This document shows positions 8,794-16,628 of a DNA stretch of 64,000 bases, one piece after another. The translations under genes and the position numbers were made by a program. The DNA comes from a virus. Every line of letters begins with the position of its first letter. Position 1 is the stretch's first letter. The notes beneath the pieces are model-generated. The model was not told the origin of the DNA, did not search any database, and was given only the letters and a program-made list of their open reading frames with translations. The stretch spans positions 1 through 64,000 of IMG/VR virus record IMGVR_UViG_3300042868_005761; one strand, given 5' to 3'.

Positions 8794-10790
8794 TGGCTAA
8801 GAACATGACAACCGAACAAAAAGAGGCTCTTATGAAGGCCAAGCAGGAACAGAGGGAGCTCATGGAGAAAATCTCCAAGCAGTTCCCCAAGTTCGCGACG
8901 AGCAACCTGATGGGTGTCAAGAAGCGTCTTCTTGCGCTGCAGGCTATTGGTGTAGATATGTACCGTCTTCGGTGTTTTGGCAAGCTTCGGATTGTCAAGA
9001 GCAAGTTCAAGGGGCGTGACAGACAAGTGAAAATCAAGACCATGAATGCTCCGGCATTCAACAAGTTTGCTAACATCTTGCTGGCAAACAAGGAAGTCTT
9101 TACCTGGTTTAACCAGGTTGCTCATGACCCGACCTGGGAAGCCTTCTGGGTCACAATTGAGAAACTGGCAAGGAAGCCGAAGACGCTTGATACCTGGTCG
9201 GCGGCCGAGTGGATGGTTGCCCGGAACCGCTTCAAGGACACTGTTGAGCTGGTCAATCAGCTTTCAGTCAAATTCCTTGGCAAGGAAATGGCGGAAGTCA
9301 AGACTACGGAGGTTGAAGTTACGGCTCTCTTTAACAAAGAGACGTACTACTTCCGCTATGTCAGTCCTCAGATGGCATGGGATGAGTGCAAGGACATTAA
9401 CTTGCGCTACTTCCCGCCACCAAACGACGCTGGCCGGTTCTGTGTCGGTGACGGTTACTACCAGCACCAAATGAAGTCTGGTAAGTACCATGGCTACATT
9501 GTCGACAAGACAGTGGACGCCAAGACGAACTCCTACAAGGGCGGAGAGAAGTTCTCCTTTGGGTTTGTCCTTGTCACCAGCGGCGGTGTTGCGGACTGGG
9601 GATTTGGTCCTGAGAACCAAGTTACCGGCGGTGAAGAGGAGCTTGCAAAGGCTATCTTCGGTGCTTCTCGTAGCGGAGGCCTCACAGGAGGCCAACCAGA
9701 AGAGCAATGGATCCGCATGATCATGGCTGACTGGTTTAACATGCGCCAGCCCACTTACAATCAGTGGTGCAGTCATATCGAGAAAATCGTAGACCTCCGC
9801 GGCTGGGATCCAACTGGTAAGCCAGACAATGGGTTCTATGAGCGAACAGACAAAAATGGGAAAATATTCCTAGAGTATTTCTACAATGGGAATATTACTG
9901 AGCGCCTGTTCCTCAATCCCAGGGGAGTCCGTCAAACCGCCTACGCAAGCACTTGGACTGCTGGAGCTGATGGGTTCTGTCAGAAACTAAATGAGACCAG
10001 TAGCACGGTTATGCGCTGGTATATGCAGGCACCGGATACTGCAAACATGCAAATACTGGCAGAGTATCAGCAGAACAAGCTCCACCGCCTACGTGACAGT
10101 AGCATACCTGATTCTCCGTATCACTCAGCGTATTGCGCTAAGACTGCCGGAGGAACCTTGTGGGAGCTAGCAAGCAAGCATAACTTGCCATGGGAACTTT
10201 ATAGCTTTGACATGGACAGCTCTTGGGAGAACGCCGAGTTTACCCGGCCTCATCTGTTTGGACTGTCTCGTAGCGACTTTGAAGTTGCTTTGTTGGAAGA
10301 GAAGAAACAGGAAGCTGTCTTCAGTCTTCGGACAAAGGATGCTATGACGTTACAAGAAATGAAACGTCAAATCCGGAAGTTCAACGAGATGGACAATTTC
10401 TTTGAACCTCAAATTCTCAAAATGAGATATGAGCGTAACGAACTGCAGTCTTGCAACAAGAGTGGGGTAAATGGTAAGGACACTGGAGACAAGCACTATC
10501 GACTTCTGCTCCAGAGACTTATCAATCTTCATGGCTACAAGTGGATGAAAACCGCAAGTGGCTATATGTTGGTAAGCCCAATCCTGGCCTACAACAATGC
10601 AGATCGTATCATGACTGACGCCCAAAGTCGAGCCATTGATATGGGGCTTGAGAAAACAAGCGGTCTTCGTTATAAGGATCGCCTTTACTTCTCCTATGGC
10701 ATTCTTACGCCAATGGCAGATGAAATTCTTCTTTACGACGCACGTGAAGGTCTTACGACACCCTATCGCGCAAGGATGGAGCAATGGTAG
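8793..10790 (+). CDS. hypothetical protein sharing a domain with 235-2409
   Basis: 665-aa ORF coupled by TAATG; GRFC..DGYYQ..FG..GV.D.G motif. Confidence 0.85.
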   Translation: MAKNMTTEQKEALMKAKQEQRELMEKISKQFPKFATSNLMGVKKRLLALQAIGVDMYRLRCFGKLRIVKSKFKGRDRQVKIKTMNAPAFNKFANILLANKEVFTWFNQVAHDPTWEAFWVTIEKLARKPKTLDTWSAAEWMVARNRFKDTVELVNQLSVKFLGKEMAEVKTTEVEVTALFNKETYYFRYVSPQMAWDECKDINLRYFPPPNDAGRFCVGDGYYQHQMKSGKYHGYIVDKTVDAKTNSYKGGEKFSFGFVLVTSGGVADWGFGPENQVTGGEEELAKAIFGASRSGGLTGGQPEEQWIRMIMADWFNMRQPTYNQWCSHIEKIVDLRGWDPTGKPDNGFYERTDKNGKIFLEYFYNGNITERLFLNPRGVRQTAYASTWTAGADGFCQKLNETSSTVMRWYMQAPDTANMQILAEYQQNKLHRLRDSSIPDSPYHSAYCAKTAGGTLWELASKHNLPWELYSFDMDSSWENAEFTRPHLFGLSRSDFEVALLEEKKQEAVFSLRTKDAMTLQEMKRQIRKFNEMDNFFEPQILKMRYERNELQSCNKSGVNGKDTGDKHYRLLLQRLINLHGYKWMKTASGYMLVSPILAYNNADRIMTDAQSRAIDMGLEKTSGLRYKDRLYFSYGILTPMADEILLYDAREGLTTPYRARMEQW

Positions 10791-13700
10791 AAAACATGAA
10801 ACAGAACGTAACCATTCCGGTTACTGACAAGGAGGGTACTATGTACCGTAGCTATCGAGAGCATCTCGAATTCTCCGGGGTGAAGAGCCCCTATGCTGAC
10901 CTTCCGGGGTTTGAATCTCTCCTCGACCACCCTGTGGTTGAGAATGGACACAAGATCCCTGAGGGTTACGCGCCTCTCTTTGCCGTTTCCAGCATGGAAA
11001 CGCTGATGGTGCCTAAGGCGCTGAAGGCAAAGCTGGTGGGTGCCGTTGAGTACACCAGCAAAACCGCTCAGAAGGGCCGCAAGTATGCGCGTTCTATGAT
11101 GACGGCCACCTACAGCGGGCTTATCTCTGCGACTGGCAAGGTTGTGAACATGGCTGACTTGGATCCTGCCTACAAGGCAATCCAGGACGGTGTCCACTAC
11201 ATGGGTACCGCAGAGCTCACCCCTGGGCCTATGACGCAGGGCATGCAGGTGCGTCGTGTTGTTAAGCGCAAGGCGTACTACAAGGGCGCAATGGGTGCAG
11301 TCAAGGTCTGGGTTCCGCCCCATGTCTTCCTGCTGAGCTCGGAGGACAAGCAGGATCTCAAGCCTGATCTCTCTGACGATGTTGCGCTTATGGTGCAGCC
11401 GAGCGTTGGTGAGATGAAGTCTGAGCCTGGGGTTCTCCTCGGCGTTCAGAACTTGAGCGCTCTTTTCGGTCAGGTTCTCAATGATCCGCAGTTCCATGCG
11501 ATCCTCAATGAGATGATTGACTGGAACATCTCGCACTGGGATGACTACGTTAAGGATTCTCTCAAGAACCTCAATGGCGATGTCCTTGAGGCTACCGAGA
11601 CGTCCACAACGTTCAAGGCCAAGATCACCAAGATGCTGCTTAGTCTTGGTGTTCACCCTGGCGCAATTCCTGCTACTGTGACTACTCTAGTCAACAGTGT
11701 CAGCGAGGATGTCACGCAGAGCAAGCTGCGCATCAACGCGGTCACGAAGGACGGCCCTTGTGGCTTTACCTCGTATCCCCGCGCTCTTGTCTGGCGGATG
11801 TTCCGCGACCTGTGGCTCCATGAGGAGAAGCAGGGTGCCTTTGCAAACGAGACCGCTGGCCTGAAGAAGCGTCGTCTTCTCATCATGGCTGAGCTTGACC
11901 GCAAGGCAAAGATCGAGGAAGCGTTCAACGCCAAGTCGGAACAGATCCTTGCCAAGACGGGATTTGCGGCAATTGCTATCACGGCAGAAGCTGCGAAGAA
12001 CCTCAACGTTCCTGCTCTTAACATCCATGATGTAAAGGGTGAGAACGAGAAGGAGCTTGCCGTCAACCATCGGGATAGCCTTGGTGCTGCGGCTCGTTGG
12101 CCTACTTCGGCTAAGGTCGATGTGCGGGTCATCTATGTTGTCCTTCAGGACGACATGTTCCTGCACGCTACTGCATACTTCGGCAGCACGGAGATCATGC
12201 AGAAGGCTGTCCTCGTTAGCATGGACGGCGGTGACGCTGACGACAAGGCATTCTTCCTCTGCGGAAAGCTTGGTCTCCTTGCTCTTCGCTCTATGAATCT
12301 GCGTAACTTCAAGCTTTCGCAGTTCAAGCCGGAAGACGTTACGGGCACGTACGAGAAGGCTCATACCTTCCTCGCAACACTGCCTAGCCGCCTTGACCTT
12401 GTCAACAGCATTCCGAATGCTCACAAGCTGATGTCTTCGTACTTCAATGTTACGGAGATTGAGAAAGTATCTTCCAGTGGCCTTATCCGCTACGAGATCA
12501 CCAGTCTCACTGAGAAGCAGCAGCCTGCAGATCCTTCGGTTGTCGACAAGACTGCTGAAGAGAAGTGGGACATGATTCACCTTCCTGGCGACAATGAGTT
12601 TATGCCTCTCGTTGGCGCAATGGCAAATGCTCAGATGTTTGGCAGCTATTTGCTTGCCGACCTGATCATCCTGCCTGGTTCCATCAAGACGAAGCCTGCA
12701 CTTCTTGCCGCTTGCATGATGGAGGGTGAGATCTCCCTCGTTGTTGACGCAGCACAGAGCGGTACCGACTTCCCGGGCGCTTGGAAGGCTTGGCACAACA
12801 TTGACGCAGTCATGACCATGATTGCTGTGAGCTGGGTTCTCAACGACCGCAATGCAATGCGTGAGAATCCTGACGCTAAGCCGACTAAACTGACTGCTCT
12901 TAAGCCTGTCCGCAAGCGTCTTGGTGTTAGCCTTCTTTCCCTTGTAACTGCACCTGTTGCTGTGCGTTACACGGGAGAAGTCTCCGAGATCACTGGTCAG
13001 CGCATCATGGTTCCGGCTCTCTTCAAGGATGAAGAAGGCAAGATCCCGATGACCGCCAAGATCTGCCAGTCTCTTCGGCAGTCGGTTGTCACTGCAACTG
13101 GTCAGGCGGTTAAGGTCGACCATCCCATCATCCGTAGCTTCACTCGCTACTGGAAGACGATGACTACGAACCTTAAGACGTTCATCGATGAAGGCACCAG
13201 CAGCCAGACGGCTACCCTTCTCACCTCTACTCTTCAGGCATTCCTTGAAGAGCACGCGCATGACCTTGATCAGCTGATCAACAAGCATTACCGCGAAGAG
13301 CAGGAGCAGTATCAGGGTGAGTTCAACCTCACGACCTTCGGTAGCTTCATCTTCCGGCAGTACCACTCGCTTAATCGCTACACGCAGGATAACGGTCATG
13401 TCATGACTGTGCCTGACGCAATGAAGCACCGGTACAACGAGATCGACAAGATCCGTTACATGCTGAACGCTGAGGAGCTCAAGACCCTTCGTCGGGTTTA
13501 CGCTCAGAAGCCTATCCATCAGGCATTCGCTACACGCCATGAAGATCTCTGGCCGAAGTTCGTAGATGTGTACGGTGACAACGCCGAATACAAGTACGAG
13601 ATCTTTGTGCTTGCTGAGCTTATGTCTGCGCTTGGTACGTCTGCAGAGACGGCTATCACGCTCTCCATGGGCAAGGGTAAGATCGAATTCCTCCTTGACG

Positions 13701-15199
13701 AGGATGGCGAGAAGACGAAGTTCATCGATTCTGATGCGATTGACGCGCAGGGTGAGCTTACCTCCAGCGGTGGTTACAGCCGCAAGATGTACTTCACTTC
13801 TACTGCAAACTACAAGGGCTACGCAGAAGTTCTCTGCAAGTTCCTTGAGGATGCTGCCGTGAAGAAGACTCAGGATAAGCTTCTTGCTGCCGACGTTCGC
13901 GCCGCCTTCCTCATTCGTGAGAGCAAGGATGGTAAGACTGTTGATCCTCAGTCCCTTGTTGGCCTCAGCATCCAGCAGCTCCTCAGCGACAACCGCATCC
14001 AGCTTGCATACGGTGGACAGCGCGGTAACCCTGACCAGGACCATCGCGCCGCCGCAGTTGCTTACTTGGTCTTCCGCAAGACCAGTGAGACTCGCAAGGC
14101 ATTCGATGAGATCGGTGCCTTCAAGGGCAAGACTCAGTGGCAGATTGCCGGCATGATGGGCTACCACGGTACTCTCAACAACTTCTTCAGCGGTGCTACC
14201 GTTGAGGCAAGCGAAGTGGAGAAGCGTGACGGTCATGGTGCCAACGGCAAGACCTACACTCGTAACTTCGTCTGGCTGACCTTCAAGGGTCAAGAGCCGG
14301 TCAAGCCGGAGCCTCCTCCCGAGAAGGAGTTCTTCGATATCTCTGCTTCTGAGAATATCGACTACGACAAGATGCTGGAGAGCGCAGGCATGGCAGACTT
14401 CAACTTTGAAGATGCCTTTGGTTCTGAGAATCCAGTCAGCGCTGAAGAGCTGGAGCAGTATGCTACCGAGTACGACAGTGACGAGGAAGAGTCTGAGACT
14501 CAAATCTTCAGTGAAGTACTTAAAGGCACGTACACTGCGGCACAGCCTGTACAACTTGTAATGGTCAACGGCAAGTGGCAGCCTAAGAACATGGCAGATG
14601 TCAATTGGGTCCCGGTTGACGCTCCTGCTGTTGAAGCCAAGCCTGCTCCTGCTGTGCCTGTTGTTGCCGTGGAAGCAAAGCCCTACAGGATTGCATTCAC
14701 TGGTCATCGCCCCGAAAAGATTGGCGGCTATGACGAGAATCATCCTCTGCGTGTTGCTGTAAAGAATGCAATCGCAGATGCATTGAAGCGTGCCATTGCC
14801 AAGTACAGTGCAACTCGTGAGATCATCGTCGTTACTGGTGGTGCTCTTGGTGTTGACACTGATGCCGCACGTGAGGCTCACAAGCTTGGCCTGAAGTTCA
14901 TCGTGGCTCGTCCTTGCAGCGACCATGGTGATTACTTCAAGGGTGACGAAGCTAAGATGCGTTACAAGAAGATGCTTGCTCTTGCTCATCAAGTTGTCCT
15001 TGTCAATAAGAAAGGCTACGACCTTGCAGGCAAAGAGAAGTGTCTCCACGCACGGAACTACTGGATGGTTGATAACTGCGAGGCGGTTGTCGCAATCTGG
15101 GATGGTTCTCCGAGTGGCACATCCAACTGTGTCAACTACGCCAAGAAGGTCAATCGTCCAATGATTATCATCAACCCGAACGACCTTGCAAAGAAGTAG
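10784..15199 (+). CDS. putative single-chain two-barrel (YonO/RdRP-like) RNA polymerase fused to a C-terminal YspA/DUF1273-type SLOG domain
   Basis: ordered motifs DG(135), QxR..KG(155-168), RWP(438), GGDADD(482-487), VGAMAN(610), SLVVDAAQSG(~655); C-terminus FTGHRP..GGALGVD..RNYWMVD..WDG..SGT. Confidence 0.7.
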   Translation: MVENMKQNVTIPVTDKEGTMYRSYREHLEFSGVKSPYADLPGFESLLDHPVVENGHKIPEGYAPLFAVSSMETLMVPKALKAKLVGAVEYTSKTAQKGRKYARSMMTATYSGLISATGKVVNMADLDPAYKAIQDGVHYMGTAELTPGPMTQGMQVRRVVKRKAYYKGAMGAVKVWVPPHVFLLSSEDKQDLKPDLSDDVALMVQPSVGEMKSEPGVLLGVQNLSALFGQVLNDPQFHAILNEMIDWNISHWDDYVKDSLKNLNGDVLEATETSTTFKAKITKMLLSLGVHPGAIPATVTTLVNSVSEDVTQSKLRINAVTKDGPCGFTSYPRALVWRMFRDLWLHEEKQGAFANETAGLKKRRLLIMAELDRKAKIEEAFNAKSEQILAKTGFAAIAITAEAAKNLNVPALNIHDVKGENEKELAVNHRDSLGAAARWPTSAKVDVRVIYVVLQDDMFLHATAYFGSTEIMQKAVLVSMDGGDADDKAFFLCGKLGLLALRSMNLRNFKLSQFKPEDVTGTYEKAHTFLATLPSRLDLVNSIPNAHKLMSSYFNVTEIEKVSSSGLIRYEITSLTEKQQPADPSVVDKTAEEKWDMIHLPGDNEFMPLVGAMANAQMFGSYLLADLIILPGSIKTKPALLAACMMEGEISLVVDAAQSGTDFPGAWKAWHNIDAVMTMIAVSWVLNDRNAMRENPDAKPTKLTALKPVRKRLGVSLLSLVTAPVAVRYTGEVSEITGQRIMVPALFKDEEGKIPMTAKICQSLRQSVVTATGQAVKVDHPIIRSFTRYWKTMTTNLKTFIDEGTSSQTATLLTSTLQAFLEEHAHDLDQLINKHYREEQEQYQGEFNLTTFGSFIFRQYHSLNRYTQDNGHVMTVPDAMKHRYNEIDKIRYMLNAEELKTLRRVYAQKPIHQAFATRHEDLWPKFVDVYGDNAEYKYEIFVLAELMSALGTSAETAITLSMGKGKIEFLLDEDGEKTKFIDSDAIDAQGELTSSGGYSRKMYFTSTANYKGYAEVLCKFLEDAAVKKTQDKLLAADVRAAFLIRESKDGKTVDPQSLVGLSIQQLLSDNRIQLAYGGQRGNPDQDHRAAAVAYLVFRKTSETRKAFDEIGAFKGKTQWQIAGMMGYHGTLNNFFSGATVEASEVEKRDGHGANGKTYTRNFVWLTFKGQEPVKPEPPPEKEFFDISASENIDYDKMLESAGMADFNFEDAFGSENPVSAEELEQYATEYDSDEEESETQIFSEVLKGTYTAAQPVQLVMVNGKWQPKNMADVNWVPVDAPAVEAKPAPAVPVVAVEAKPYRIAFTGHRPEKIGGYDENHPLRVAVKNAIADALKRAIAKYSATREIIVVTGGALGVDTDAAREAHKLGLKFIVARPCSDHGDYFKGDEAKMRYKKMLALAHQVVLVNKKGYDLAGKEKCLHARNYWMVDNCEAVVAIWDGSPSGTSNCVNYAKKVNRPMIIINPNDLAKK

Positions 15200-15234
15200 C
15201 AGAACATAACACTGCACGTAAGGAATAGATAACA

Positions 15235-15528
15235 ATGAAAAAGTCATTTAATGGCCACATCATTGAAACAAACCGTAAACCAAAGCCAACCGGCACTATT
15301 AGGGCATGGGATGGTACTTTGGTTGGAGCAGGAGAAGTTGTGATCTGTGTTGATTTGCGTATCAACAAAGGTTACTATGTACTTCGCCATGAGATTCAAA
15401 TCTTCTTTGACATCAAAGATCCTCCTCCGAAATGGGTTACCCAAAAGGAGAATGAGCACAATGCAAAGATGGCTCGCGGTCTTCTGGAAATGCTAGAAGC
15501 AAACAGAAAGAAGAACGGCGATAACTAG
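15235..15528 (+). CDS. hypothetical protein
   Basis: 97-aa ORF with AAGGA upstream. Confidence 0.7.
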   Translation: MKKSFNGHIIETNRKPKPTGTIRAWDGTLVGAGEVVICVDLRINKGYYVLRHEIQIFFDIKDPPPKWVTQKENEHNAKMARGLLEMLEANRKKNGDN

Positions 15529-15530
15529 AG

Positions 15531-15563
15531 AATAGCCTACCATCACAGGTGGGCTATTTTTTT
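15531..15563 (+). terminator. intrinsic terminator closing the left operon
   Basis: AATAGCCTACC-ATCACA-GGTGGGCTATT followed by a T run. Confidence 0.85.
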
Positions 15564-15684
15564 CTTTCATCCAAAAAAGGTCCAATTACTCCGCTGCCTC
15601 GCTTACGCTCGGCTGTCCGTTCGCATGTTTGTCTTCGCTTGTAGGGCTCGCTTCGCTCGGCGCAACCGCTTCGCTCGCTTCGCT

Positions 15685-15711
15685 GGGGCTATCGCCCCTT
15701 TTTTCTGCGGA
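15685..15711 (+). promoter_or_regulatory. hairpin element copy 1 (putative phage promoter)
   Basis: GGGGCTATCGCCCC + 10 nt + GGA. Confidence 0.6.
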
Positions 15712-15758
15712 GTCCAGATGTCCTGGCTCCCGTTTGGTCCAGCGTGATGGACTGCGAG

Positions 15759-15786
15759 AGGGGCTATCGCCCCTTGTTTCTGCGGA
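15759..15786 (+). promoter_or_regulatory. hairpin element copy 2
   Basis: AGGGGCTATCGCCCC + 10 nt + GGA; upstream of SSB. Confidence 0.6.
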
Positions 15787-15824
15787 GAGGAGGATGGTCC
15801 TTCTCTCCACACTGGAGCGCACCC

Positions 15825-16250
15825 ATGAGCATGGGCTTTGAGCGTACTCAGGTCGTCGGCAACCTTGGAGCCGACCCTATTCTCCTGACGGGCCAGTCGG
15901 GAACTTCCATCTGCGCCATGCGCGTCGCTGTCAACCGCAAGGTCAAGGGCGTCGCTGTCGTGAAGTGGCGGGACGTCGTGTGCTTCGGTGCACTCGCGGA
16001 GAACATGGCGAAGATCCTCAAGAAGGGCGACACCGTGTTCGTGGACGGAACCCCCGAAGACGAAGAGTTCCTCCGCAAGGATGGCTCCAAGGGCTTCGCC
16101 GTCAAGATCCTCGCCAACGTCGTCGTCAAGACTGGCTCCCCCGCTGGCGCTTCGGCTCCGACTGCGGCTTCGGCTGCGGGCGGTGACGCGGCTGCGGAGG
16201 CCCTTGCGGCGCTTCGCGAGACTGCCAGCGTCCCGACCGACCCCTTCTAG
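15825..16250 (+). CDS. ssb: single-stranded DNA-binding protein
   Basis: VVGNLGADP, W..VVCFG.LAE..AK.LKKGD.VFVDG; C-terminal DPF; very GC-rich. Confidence 0.9.
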   Translation: MSMGFERTQVVGNLGADPILLTGQSGTSICAMRVAVNRKVKGVAVVKWRDVVCFGALAENMAKILKKGDTVFVDGTPEDEEFLRKDGSKGFAVKILANVVVKTGSPAGASAPTAASAAGGDAAAEALAALRETASVPTDPF

Positions 16251-16361
16251 GGCGCAGGTCGAGCCTCAACCCCCCTTCGCCCTAGCGGGCGTCGGGGGGT
16301 TTCGGAGCCCTGTCTTCGCTGAGTAAAAATAGGCCCGCAACTCCGCTTAGTATAGATACAG

Positions 16362-16389
16362 AGGGGCTATCGCCCCTTTTTTCGGTGGA
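16362..16389 (+). promoter_or_regulatory. hairpin element copy 3
   Basis: AGGGGCTATCGCCCC + 10 nt + GGA. Confidence 0.6.
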
Positions 16390-16406
16390 TAGGCAATTCT
16401 GCTTAT

Positions 16407-16628
16407 ATGGAGGAAGTCATGTTGATGAGTGCTGCTGCGATCTTGACTGATAGTTTTGAGAAGGTTCAGAAGGAGACTCTGAGCCTGGATGACGTGAACC
16501 ATGAGTCTTATGACCCGTGGGATGCCATCAATGAGCGTCTCGATGAGAAGAAGTACGAGGAAGATGCCAACACTGGCTCTGACTCGCTGATTGAAGCCGT
16601 GCATACGGCCCGCCGTTTCTTTATCTAG
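16407..16628 (+). CDS. small acidic hypothetical protein
   Basis: 73-aa ORF; alternative GGAGG-led start at 16419. Confidence 0.7.
   Translation: MEEVMLMSAAAILTDSFEKVQKETLSLDDVNHESYDPWDAINERLDEKKYEEDANTGSDSLIEAVHTARRFFI

Noticed and set aside
11687-15247. 1186-aa minus-strand ORF (also 172-2229, 4475-5656 and others)
   Set aside because: Codon-aligned shadows of sense genes that avoid TTA/CTA/TCA; no motifs and atypical composition
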